DNA from: a virus | DNA length: 35,352 bases | Virus record (IMG/VR): IMGVR_UViG_3300045988_127559 | Direction: 5' to 3' (one strand) | Part shown: in pieces, positions 8,746 through 17,079 of the stretch | How the letters are laid out: each line of letters begins with the position of its first letter | Position numbering within the stretch: position 1 is the first letter of the stretch | Position numbers and translations under genes: made by a program | The notes under the pieces: model-generated | Database searches by the model: none | Seen by the model: the letters and a program-made list of their open reading frames with translations, nothing else | What the model was told of the DNA's origin: nothing

Positions 8746-10365
8746 ATGTTTAAAAAGATAAAAAAGAAAGTAAAAGAGGTGGCTACGAAATTTATGGCAG
8801 ACAGTGGAATGAGAGAACCTATTAAAGATATATTTGAATTGGGCGGTGTTCCTGCGTTTAACCAGTTTTATTATTTTGGTATCTTTCCATGGAAGTATAT
8901 TTATAAAGGCTTTTATAAACCGTGGCATCGAGTGTTGTCACCTACGTTAAAAGACCCTATACGAAAAAGAAATATAGAAACAATGGGAATTGCTAAAGCA
9001 GTGTGTGCGGAACTGGCTGGATTAATATGGAGCGAGCAATGCGAAGTACATGTTTCTTCGGGAAAAGAACTCGGAGAAAATGAAACAGATCCTCTAGACG
9101 ATTATATCCAAAAAGTTTTAAAAGATAATGCCTTTTTTACAAAGATGCAGGAACATATCGAGCAGTCTTTGGCACTTGGGGGCGGAGCACTAAAAGTTTG
9201 GGCGGAAGCAGATCATTTAGACGGTAAACCAGTACTAGGAAGCGAGCATATTGAAATTGGCTATGCTATGGCAGATCAGTTCGTGCCAACTGCATGGACA
9301 AACGCCAAAGTTACAGAGGGAGTATTTATAAGCCGAGAAGCAAAGAACGGGTATTATTACACGCGGTTAGAGTGGCATAAATGGAATGGAACTACATATG
9401 TAGTTGAAAATGAATTATTTAGAAGTGAAATTAAAAATATTAAAAATGCTAGCGGTGAAGTTGAACCGCAGGATATTTTAGGTTTTAGATATCCACTGCA
9501 AACAATATATCCATTTTTGAATGAATCAACTTCGATTGAACATGTAGAGGATAGTCTATTTTACTATTACAGAACAGCTATTGCGAACAACATTGACGAT
9601 AACAGCCCATTAGGAGTAAGTATTTATGCTAATGCATTAGCAACATTACACGCGTTAGACATTTGTTATGACAGTTTCGTACGCGAGTTTGTGTTAGGAA
9701 AGAAGAGAATAATTGTCCCAGCGAGTGCTGTTAGAATGGTGGTTGACCCTGAAACTGGCGAAAGAAAAAGATACTTTGATGCAAACGATGAAGTGTATGA
9801 AGCATTAGCAACGGATGATACAGAACAATTAAAAATACATGATAATTCTGTTGAGTTGAGAGTAGAAGAACACATAAGCGCAATTAATGCTTTTTTAAGC
9901 ACCTTATGTTTACAACTGGGATTTAGTGCAGGAACGTTTACATTTGATAAATCACAAGGACTAAAAACCGCAACAGAGGTAATCTCCGAGAATTCCAAAA
10001 CATATAAAACTATAAAATCACATCAATTACAAATAAAAGAAGCAATTGAAAAAATGATCAAAGGAATAGTTAATGTTGCGGATTTATACGACATTGAGTA
10101 TAAAGGGCAACGTGTTGGAAATATGGCTAATGATGATTTAGAGATTAAAGTAATCTTTGATGATTCAATCTTACAAGACCGACAAACAAACGTTAATGAG
10201 GGAATTGTATTAGTAAATAACGGTTTAATGTCTAAATTAACTTATATGGAAAAGGTGCTAGGAATGACGGGAGAAGAAGCACTTAAAGAAATAGAAAAAA
10301 TAAAAAAAGAAAATCAAATAAATACAATAGCGGTTGATGATTTCGCTCTTGGCGGTGAAGAATAG
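8746..10365 (+). CDS. Portal protein (SPP1 Gp6-like)
   Basis: About 540 aa directly after terL. ATG 8746 follows TAGGAGG. Confidence 0.85.
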   Translation: MFKKIKKKVKEVATKFMADSGMREPIKDIFELGGVPAFNQFYYFGIFPWKYIYKGFYKPWHRVLSPTLKDPIRKRNIETMGIAKAVCAELAGLIWSEQCEVHVSSGKELGENETDPLDDYIQKVLKDNAFFTKMQEHIEQSLALGGGALKVWAEADHLDGKPVLGSEHIEIGYAMADQFVPTAWTNAKVTEGVFISREAKNGYYYTRLEWHKWNGTTYVVENELFRSEIKNIKNASGEVEPQDILGFRYPLQTIYPFLNESTSIEHVEDSLFYYYRTAIANNIDDNSPLGVSIYANALATLHALDICYDSFVREFVLGKKRIIVPASAVRMVVDPETGERKRYFDANDEVYEALATDDTEQLKIHDNSVELRVEEHISAINAFLSTLCLQLGFSAGTFTFDKSQGLKTATEVISENSKTYKTIKSHQLQIKEAIEKMIKGIVNVADLYDIEYKGQRVGNMANDDLEIKVIFDDSILQDRQTNVNEGIVLVNNGLMSKLTYMEKVLGMTGEEALKEIEKIKKENQINTIAVDDFALGGEE

Positions 10366-11543
10366 TGGCAATGATAACGCGCCAACAAATATTAGAAATA
10401 AGTGAACCGTTTGAGGAAATGTATAGCGGTATAACTAATCAAATTCTAATAATGATGGCTGAATACATTGGTAAAGATATTGATGAGCCGATTGAGGTTT
10501 GGCAACAAAAAAGGATCCAAGAAATTAATTTATTGTTAAAACATACGCAAAGTATTATAAGCAGTGGCAGATATCTAAGCACTACTAATAACACGTTAAA
10601 TACCGTTATAGATAAAACTTTGGAGGATATAGAACCAAAATTACAAGAAGCATCTAAAAACGGTCTATTAAAGAAAACAACCGCTTATACAGCTAGCTTA
10701 AGCATCAATGAACTTAAGAAAAATATGAAAGAAGATTTCTTAATAACATTTAATACAATGGGTAATACCATGCAAAGTATGATATTGCAATTGTTTAATA
10801 AAACATTAAATAATGTTGTTTCTGCATATAATACAAGAAGAAATGAGATATTAGACGAAGCCACAGAAAAGATAATGCATAGAGAAACAATGCAAAATGC
10901 TGTTGCAAGTGCAATAAGGCAAATAGCTAAAGAAAATATACCAGCATTTATAGATAAAGCAGGAAGAAAATGGACGGCCGAAGCCTATGCGAATATGTAT
11001 GTACGAACAAATGTTCACAACTTGAGTATAGATACGGTTGTAAAAAGAAATGAAGATTATGGGAACGATTTATTTATTGTTTCTAAGCATAGCGGTGCAA
11101 GACCCAAATGCGCTCCGTGGCAAGGGAAGATAGTTTCAAAAAACAACAGAAAAGGAACAACAACCGATGCGAACGGTAAAAAAGTAAGTTTTATAGCTTT
11201 GTCAAGTACAAGTTACGGTCAGGCGGATGGATTGCTTGGTATTAACTGCGGGCATCAACTGTATCCGTTTATACCTAAACAATCGATTAATAACGTTAAG
11301 CCTTTATCAAAGGAGCAGGAAAGAGAAAATAAACGTATATATGAAGAAAGCCAACAACAGCGTGCTATTGAACGCGAAATCCGCGCATCAAAGACACAAG
11401 AGGAAATGTATAGAAAAGCTGGCTTAAGAGATGAAGCTGATAAGCAAAAAACTATAACAAGTCAAAGACAAGCTAAAATGAGACAGTTTATAAATGAAAC
11501 GGGTCGAACACGACGATATGATCGCGAACAAATCGTTAAATAA
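10365..11543 (+). CDS. Minor capsid / head morphogenesis protein (Phage_min_cap2, SPP1 gp7-like)
   Basis: Positioned after the portal. Motifs SKHSGARPKCAPWQGKIVS and GLLGINCGHQLYPF. Basic coiled-coil C-terminus. Confidence 0.75.
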   Translation: MAMITRQQILEISEPFEEMYSGITNQILIMMAEYIGKDIDEPIEVWQQKRIQEINLLLKHTQSIISSGRYLSTTNNTLNTVIDKTLEDIEPKLQEASKNGLLKKTTAYTASLSINELKKNMKEDFLITFNTMGNTMQSMILQLFNKTLNNVVSAYNTRRNEILDEATEKIMHRETMQNAVASAIRQIAKENIPAFIDKAGRKWTAEAYANMYVRTNVHNLSIDTVVKRNEDYGNDLFIVSKHSGARPKCAPWQGKIVSKNNRKGTTTDANGKKVSFIALSSTSYGQADGLLGINCGHQLYPFIPKQSINNVKPLSKEQERENKRIYEESQQQRAIEREIRASKTQEEMYRKAGLRDEADKQKTITSQRQAKMRQFINETGRTRRYDREQIVK

Positions 11544-11568
11544 TGATAAAAAAACAGGAGGGTAAACA

Positions 11569-11724
11569 ATGGATTGCAAACATGAATTTATGGGCGACAA
11601 AGATGGAGTAACATGCCTTAAATGTGGTTTAAAAATGGGAGTGCAAGAATACCATGATTTTTTACAACAAAAAGAAGTAAAAGAACCTAAGAAGCCATCT
11701 TCAAGAAGAAAAGGAGCTAAATAA
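11569..11724 (+). CDS. 51-aa zinc-ribbon-like protein (below the ORF-track cutoff)
   Basis: MDCKHEFMGDKDGVTCLKCGLKMGVQEYHDFLQQKEVKEPKKPSSRRKGAK. C-x-H...CxxC plus a basic tail. Strong SD AGGAGGG 6 nt upstream. Stop overlaps the next ATG. Confidence 0.6.
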   Translation: MDCKHEFMGDKDGVTCLKCGLKMGVQEYHDFLQQKEVKEPKKPSSRRKGAK

Positions 11725-12176
11725 TGAATCCATATCAAGATTTAACATCATATTTAAAAATCGTATATCAAAATTTAGGAACTCTGCATCATATGTTAGT
11801 AGGCAAGAGTTTTTTTGTTATCCATCCATTATTGGGTGAATGGTACAACGAAATCGGTGAAATGACGGATGATTTAATTGAACGAGGTATTCCGTTAGGG
11901 TTTGCTGAACCGTCTATTAAAGATGCGGTTTTAGCTTACACAAACGATTTACTTGGCGTTGAGAACAGAGAATGTGAAGATACAATCATTCTTGCAAGAG
12001 ATAATTTCATTAATATTATTGAAAAAATGACAACTGCTAAAGACGGTTTACCCGTTGATGTTCAAAACAAGATTGATGAATATATTTATTATTTGCGTAA
12101 AGAAGCAGATTACAAAATGGGTCAATATCTAGGCGGTATGAAGAACACAACGACAGTTGATATTGATGATGATTAA
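11724..12176 (+). CDS. Dps-like miniferritin (ferritin-fold, DNA-protection-during-starvation family-like)
   Basis: LGTLHHMLVGKSFFVIHPLLGEWYNEIGEMTDDLIERGIPLG aligns by eye to Listeria Dps IHQIHWYMRGHNFFTLHEKMDDLYSEFGEQMDEVAERLLAIG. The ferroxidase ligands H, H, D, E are conserved. 150 aa is the typical Dps size. Confidence 0.65.
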   Translation: MNPYQDLTSYLKIVYQNLGTLHHMLVGKSFFVIHPLLGEWYNEIGEMTDDLIERGIPLGFAEPSIKDAVLAYTNDLLGVENRECEDTIILARDNFINIIEKMTTAKDGLPVDVQNKIDEYIYYLRKEADYKMGQYLGGMKNTTTVDIDDD

Positions 12177-12209
12177 ATAATTAGCATCTAAGAGTGCTTT
12201 TTATATTTT

Positions 12210-12236
12210 AGGACGTTTTATACGTCCTTTTATTTT
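12210..12236 (+). terminator. Rho-independent terminator after the Dps-like gene
   Basis: aggacgt-tttat-acgtcct (perfect 7 bp) followed by TTTATTTT. A weaker hairpin agca..tgct+TTTT sits at 12183-12202. Confidence 0.7.
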
Positions 12237-12251
12237 GCCCTCGTCTATCGG

Positions 12252-12298
12252 CGTTAAATGTAGGCTTTCGGTTACGTCTGCATCCGTTAAATGTAGGC
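12252..12298. repeat. 14-bp direct repeat CGTTAAATGTAGGC x2, starts 33 bp apart
   Basis: Exact copies at 12252-12265 and 12285-12298, between the terminator and the scaffold gene SD. Confidence 0.85.
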
Positions 12299-12336
12299 AC
12301 ACGTTATTTATTAGTTTAAACGCAGGAGGAAGAATA

Positions 12337-12849
12337 ATGCCAAAACTAACAAGAAAAAGTGTACGTAGTGAAATTGTTAAGGCTGGAGTAAGTGAAGATA
12401 AAGCCAATGAATTATTAGAAAGCATTATGTCTATGTATGGAGCTAGCACTGCTGACATGGTTTCTAAAGAAGATTTGGAAGAACTTAAGCAAGAAGCGGT
12501 CAATGAAGCTATGAAAAACACACCTAAAGACTACAAAGAAAGTCAAGATTACAAAGATTTATTAGGAAGAGTACAAGAGTACGAAAAGAAAGACACTATC
12601 CGAACATTAACGGATAAAGGAGTTAAAAGCGACAAGTACGCGGAAATGCTCTTGGAAAGATTAGACAAAGAAAAAGACATTGATGAACAGCTTACGGCTT
12701 TTAAAGAGGAATATGCCGATATGTTCAATGTCGAACAACAAGAAGAGCCAAAACCTCAATTTGGAGCACAGCCAAAAGGCACTATGCCAAGTGGCAAAGA
12801 AGCACAAACGTTTGGGGATTTTTGGAGTTTTATGCCAAAAGAAAAGTAG
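12337..12849 (+). CDS. Scaffolding protein (GP20-like)
   Basis: Immediately upstream of the capsid gene. Helical, K/E/D-rich, 170 aa. ATG 12337 follows AGGAGGA; the longer TTG-12235 form runs through the terminator. Confidence 0.75.
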   Translation: MPKLTRKSVRSEIVKAGVSEDKANELLESIMSMYGASTADMVSKEDLEELKQEAVNEAMKNTPKDYKESQDYKDLLGRVQEYEKKDTIRTLTDKGVKSDKYAEMLLERLDKEKDIDEQLTAFKEEYADMFNVEQQEEPKPQFGAQPKGTMPSGKEAQTFGDFWSFMPKEK

Positions 12850-12862
12850 GAGGAATTAATAT

Positions 12863-14068
12863 ATGGCAGATTTTGTGCAAACACCTTTAAATTATGCAGT
12901 TGACTACGCTAGAACACTAGCCAACGCTTATCCTTATTTATCATATTTTCCAGAGTTATGGGCAGGACCGAACAATGAAAAATATAAACCAGTAAACGGG
13001 AAAACAGTAATGATCCCATCGATGACAGTTTCGGGGGCTAAAGCAGTTAACCGTGACAGTATCGACGGTAAATTTAATCGTAATTTCAATACTGAAATGC
13101 AACCCGTTACAATGATGATGGACAGAGAATGGGATACATTAGTTGATCCAATGGACATCAAGGAAACAAATCAAGTGGCTACTATTGCCAATGTAACAGA
13201 AACGTTTAACCAATTCCAAAAAGTGCCAGAAATGGATGCATACATGGCTTCTAAATTGTCATCGTATGCACAATCTTTCGGTACAGTAGATACAACTGTG
13301 TTAGATAAAGATACTATTTTAGAAACATGGGATGGATATTTAGCGTATATGGTTAACCAACGTATCAACCGTGATAGATTGGTAGCGTATATGACACCAG
13401 ATGCGTATAAACTTTTAAAAGAAGCAGCGGGAATTACACGTTTTATCGATGCAGGTACTGGAATTAGAAATGTAGACCGAAATGTCGGGAAATTAGACGG
13501 AGTATTAATTCGAGAAGTACCAAAAGATATTATGCAAACAGCGTTTGACTTTACAGTAGGATGGAAAGTTGAATCTGGCGCAAAAACTATTAATATGTTG
13601 TTAGTAGACCCTATGGCAATGATTGCTCCAGTAGTCTATGAAGTAGCTATGATGAGCGCACCAACTGCACAATCTAAAGGGAAATGGCTATATTACGAAA
13701 GATACTACTACGATGTATTTGCATTAGATAAACGTAGAGTAGGTATCTTAGCAAATATCACTACACCAACTCTTGGAACATTTGAAGTTACGTCAACTGC
13801 TGGAGCTGAAACTAATCAAACAAATGTAGCAGTTACTGCTAAACCAATTCTTGGACAAAAATTAGTGTATAAAGTAGCTTCTAGCGCTTCAACACCTACA
13901 TACGGACAAGATTTATCTAGCGGATGGACTGATTTACCAGCTGATGGCGTAGTAACAGTCGCAGGATCAGAAACGAATATCACTGTTGCATTAGTTAATA
14001 CAACTAAAGCGAATGGAGCTTTCGCGGTTTCAAGTGGTAATGCTACGATCGTTAAAAACGGCGGATAA
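12863..14068 (+). CDS. Major capsid protein with C-terminal Ig-like domain
   Basis: 401 aa, strongest SD (TAGGAGGA), positioned after the scaffold. The last ~104 aa (from 13754) are T/S/V/G-rich with a beta-sandwich-like pattern. Confidence 0.8.
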   Translation: MADFVQTPLNYAVDYARTLANAYPYLSYFPELWAGPNNEKYKPVNGKTVMIPSMTVSGAKAVNRDSIDGKFNRNFNTEMQPVTMMMDREWDTLVDPMDIKETNQVATIANVTETFNQFQKVPEMDAYMASKLSSYAQSFGTVDTTVLDKDTILETWDGYLAYMVNQRINRDRLVAYMTPDAYKLLKEAAGITRFIDAGTGIRNVDRNVGKLDGVLIREVPKDIMQTAFDFTVGWKVESGAKTINMLLVDPMAMIAPVVYEVAMMSAPTAQSKGKWLYYERYYYDVFALDKRRVGILANITTPTLGTFEVTSTAGAETNQTNVAVTAKPILGQKLVYKVASSASTPTYGQDLSSGWTDLPADGVVTVAGSETNITVALVNTTKANGAFAVSSGNATIVKNGG

Positions 14069-14079
14069 GGGGTGATTGT

Positions 14080-14508
14080 ATGGCATATATAAAATATGCT
14101 GATTTTACACAATTTTACGGCAGTGATTTGATGGATGAAGAAACGTTCCACAGTCTCGTTAATCCAGCATGTTCTAAAATTGATGAAATAACCCGTTTTA
14201 AGGTCGCTGAAGAGGGTTTAAACTCTTTAGCACCTTTTATTCAAGAATTGTTTAAACGTGCGTGCATGGCTCAATGTGCGTACTATGGCTATTACGGTTT
14301 AGAAGTAGCCTATACTGGTGTGGCAGGGCAAGGCTTTACGGTTGGCAAAGTAAGTGTGGACAGCACTTATCAGTCAAAAGAAAGCGCAGGAAGAAATTAC
14401 AATTCATTAAGCCCCGAAGCGGTAAGTCTGCTTGAACAGACTGGGCTGTTAAATAGGAGTGTTGGAGTATTCTCAGACCCATCCCTAAACGTATTCTGGC
14501 CGATATAG
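14080..14508 (+). CDS. Head-tail connector/adaptor protein (putative)
   Basis: First gene after the capsid gene. 142 aa. SD AGGGGTG. Confidence 0.5.
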   Translation: MAYIKYADFTQFYGSDLMDEETFHSLVNPACSKIDEITRFKVAEEGLNSLAPFIQELFKRACMAQCAYYGYYGLEVAYTGVAGQGFTVGKVSVDSTYQSKESAGRNYNSLSPEAVSLLEQTGLLNRSVGVFSDPSLNVFWPI

Positions 14509-14831
14509 CCACATTAAAAGTAATTACCAGTATAAACGAATGGCAAAAGCCCGTTATGCAGTCTTATGATTTAAAATTTGTACATATGCAAAACACAAAC
14601 GAAGTACGAAGAACAACAGATAACACTGAGGTCGTTCTTCGCTCAATATTATATTACGATTGTAGGTTGTCTAAGCCAAATTTGAACTTATGGGTATTAA
14701 ATAACCAATCACTTGGAAATGGCGCTAGAATGAGCGTTATTTATCAAGAACAGACATATACTGTTCAAACTTGCGATTTAGTACCCGATGATACTGGCAA
14801 ACCGCATCATTATGAACTTGGGTTAGTTTAG
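14469..14831 (+). CDS. Minor capsid / head-tail joining protein (Minor_capsid_1-like); probable ATT start (conservative ATG start at 14556)
   Basis: The frame is open from 14457. Upstream extension (I)LRPIPKRILADIATLKVITSINEWQKPV looks like the family N-terminus. AGGAG lies 9 nt before ATT 14469, whereas ATG 14556 has no SD. Confidence 0.5.
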   Translation: MLRPIPKRILADIATLKVITSINEWQKPVMQSYDLKFVHMQNTNEVRRTTDNTEVVLRSILYYDCRLSKPNLNLWVLNNQSLGNGARMSVIYQEQTYTVQTCDLVPDDTGKPHHYELGLV

Positions 14832-15175
14832 TGAGCGTTAAAGTTACATTAAATAAACGAAGAGTTCTAAAAAGAATTACAAGCGGTGCCGATAATGCTA
14901 GAGCGGTGTTAACGGAACAAGTTTATCAGGATAGTGACGAATATACCCCTCGTGATAAAGGAAAACTTATAGAAACGGCGCGAATTGATTCTAAAAACGG
15001 AACAATTACATATACCCAGCCATATGCTAAAAAATTATGGAATGGTATAGACTATAATTTTTCTAAAGATAAAAGTGCTAAAGCCACTCATGAGTGGTGT
15101 GATGCAGCTAAAAAAGACCATAACAAGGATTGGCAGAAAGTTGCTCAACAAGCATTTAAAGAGGGGATGAAATAA
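14831..15175 (+). CDS. Minor capsid / head-tail joining protein (Minor_capsid_2-like)
   Basis: GTG start overlapping the upstream stop. YAKKLWNGIDYNFSKDKSAKATHEW motif. Confidence 0.6.
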   Translation: MSVKVTLNKRRVLKRITSGADNARAVLTEQVYQDSDEYTPRDKGKLIETARIDSKNGTITYTQPYAKKLWNGIDYNFSKDKSAKATHEWCDAAKKDHNKDWQKVAQQAFKEGMK

Positions 15176-15558
15176 TGGACATCGAGATTATAAACATTCT
15201 AACGGCTCTTATTAAGGCACAGTATCAAGGAAGCTTAGTTTTTGGTACAAATATACCCGACAATAGTTTGGCACTTCTATGGCGGTCAAATCCGCAAGAA
15301 ATATATATGTGCAAAGACAGTTATAATCATATGAACGTAAGGCTTAACGGAAAAAATAAAGATCAAGAGGAAATATGCAGTACACTAAACCAACTGCACT
15401 ACTTTTTAAGCAAATTAAAAAGTGATCAAATTGAATTAGGCGAACATACGCAAATCATTGATATACAAACATCCTCAAGCCCAGAACTGATAGGGGTAGA
15501 GGAAAACGGTCAATGGATTTACGGATCAAGCCTTTTAATTAAATATTATATTAAATAG
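15175..15558 (+). CDS. Tail completion / Minor_capsid_3-like protein
   Basis: Positioned between the head-tail genes and the major tail protein. SD AGAGGGGA. Confidence 0.5.
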   Translation: MDIEIINILTALIKAQYQGSLVFGTNIPDNSLALLWRSNPQEIYMCKDSYNHMNVRLNGKNKDQEEICSTLNQLHYFLSKLKSDQIELGEHTQIIDIQTSSSPELIGVEENGQWIYGSSLLIKYYIK

Positions 15559-15569
15559 GAGGAAATAAA

Positions 15570-16052
15570 ATGGCTGACGGAGATTTCAAAGCACAGGTAC
15601 AAGTAGAACCAGTTTATAATTATACGGTTGCGATTGACACTACACCCGATACAACAGCGACATGGTCACCATTATGTGCAGGTATCGAAAACTTTAGCGA
15701 ATCATTGAATGAACAAGTACAACAGTTCTTTTTTATGTGCGGTAAAGGATTTGCGAATAACTATGTTACAGGAATGGCACCATCATTGACAATTACTGGG
15801 CGCAGAGTTAAAGGTGATGCAGCACAAGAGTATATCTTTGGTGCTAAATACGCTTTAATGAAAAAAAGAGAAACGCAATTACAAATTTCGCAATTAGATG
15901 CTACGGGAGCAAATGCGCAAACAATTACATGTAATGTAACAATTCAAAATATTGTAGAGATTAACGGAAATGCTACAGACCCGTCACAAATCAGCTTTGA
16001 TTTGGCATTTAATGGAACACCAACATTAAAAAGTACGCCAGTAGGGGGATAA
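15570..16052 (+). CDS. Major tail protein
   Basis: 160 aa, strong SD TAGGAGGA, followed by a terminator and then chaperones and tape measure. Confidence 0.75.
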   Translation: MADGDFKAQVQVEPVYNYTVAIDTTPDTTATWSPLCAGIENFSESLNEQVQQFFFMCGKGFANNYVTGMAPSLTITGRRVKGDAAQEYIFGAKYALMKKRETQLQISQLDATGANAQTITCNVTIQNIVEINGNATDPSQISFDLAFNGTPTLKSTPVGG

Positions 16053-16064
16053 CCCCTACTTTTT
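16041..16064 (+). terminator. Rho-independent terminator/attenuator after the major tail gene
   Basis: gtagggg-gataa-cccctac followed by TTTTT. Overlaps the stop codon. Confidence 0.75.
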
Positions 16065-16086
16065 ATATATATTAGGAGGATGAATC

Positions 16087-16479
16087 ATGTATAAAATCAA
16101 AAGAGATAAAAAATTTAAAGAACAACTTGAAGTCGAAAATGATAATGGTGAAAAACTTACGCTTGATGTTGAAATTACCCTTGATAAACAGCTTAATGAA
16201 TTCACAAAGAACTGGCGCAATCTTGAGGTTATGAATATTAACGTTCAACAAGGTAAATTAGACTATATGCAAATGGGGAATGCGGTTATTTCAATAATGG
16301 GTGTTGTTTTTGGGGAAAACGATGCAAAAAAATTAATAGATTTTTATAACTGTAATTATATTGAACTAATTCAAGACATTTTGCCATTTATTGCAGGGGT
16401 GATTAAACCTCAGTTTGATAAAGTTATAAAAGAACACACTAAACGAAACAAACAAGCACTTAAAGAGTTGACAAAATGA
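16087..16479 (+). CDS. Tail assembly chaperone (putative)
   Basis: Positioned between the major tail protein and the tape measure. SD TAGGAGGA. Confidence 0.55.
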   Translation: MYKIKRDKKFKEQLEVENDNGEKLTLDVEITLDKQLNEFTKNWRNLEVMNINVQQGKLDYMQMGNAVISIMGVVFGENDAKKLIDFYNCNYIELIQDILPFIAGVIKPQFDKVIKEHTKRNKQALKELTK

Positions 16480-17075
16480 TACTTTATAAGAGCTTGCCAA
16501 CAGAGATTAGATACAAAAATAGGAAATATAAAATAAAACCTTATTTTAATAATGTGCTGTTTTGTTTAGAAGTCTTTAATAACAATGCCTATACTGATGA
16601 AGAAAAAATTTATCTTTGCTATAAGGCATTGGTAAAAAAACAACTCACACAACATAATTACACGGAAGTAGTAGCTATTTTAAGCAAAGTATTCGATGTG
16701 CTTTTTGAAGATAAAAACAAGCGTAAAGAAAATAAAAAATCTTTTGATTTTACGCAGGATGCTAAATATATATATGCAGGGTTTATGCAATGTTACGGCA
16801 TAAACCTTTTTGAATACAAAAATAAATTGCATTGGTGGGAATTTAACGCATTGTTTCAAGGGCTATCAAGGGATACTCGAATAATGCAGATAATCGATAT
16901 TCGTACTCGACCTATTCCTAGAAGAGACAAAACAAATGGCGAGTATATAAACAATCTTTTAAAGCAAAAAGCTGAGTATAAATTGGAACTAAGTCAAGAG
17001 GAACAAGAAAAAGAAATACAACAATCGCTTGGCGATTTATTTAGTGCTTTATCAAATATGGCCGAAAAGGAGTGA
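16476..17075 (+). CDS. Phage Gp15-family protein (second tail chaperone position)
   Basis: ATGA overlap. N-terminal pattern ...IRYKNRKYKIKPYFNNVLFCLEVFNN..TDEEK as in A118-type Gp15 proteins upstream of the tape measure. Confidence 0.55.
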   Translation: MILYKSLPTEIRYKNRKYKIKPYFNNVLFCLEVFNNNAYTDEEKIYLCYKALVKKQLTQHNYTEVVAILSKVFDVLFEDKNKRKENKKSFDFTQDAKYIYAGFMQCYGINLFEYKNKLHWWEFNALFQGLSRDTRIMQIIDIRTRPIPRRDKTNGEYINNLLKQKAEYKLELSQEEQEKEIQQSLGDLFSALSNMAEKE

Positions 17076-17079
17076 TGAT

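Noticed and set aside
11227-11427. 66-aa + strand ORF nested in another frame of the minor capsid gene
   Set aside because: Fully embedded in a well-supported CDS, with no SD.
12235-12336. Longer TTG-initiated form of the scaffold gene given by the ORF track
   Set aside because: The extension runs through a terminator hairpin and the 14-bp repeats (giving IGVKCR/SVKCR). ATG 12337 has a strong AGGAGGA SD.
16430-16480. Programmed -1 frameshift between the two tail chaperone ORFs
   Set aside because: No XXXYYYZ slippery heptamer near the 3' end of 16087-16479. The second ORF has its own ATG in an ATGA overlap and resembles a stand-alone Gp15-family protein.
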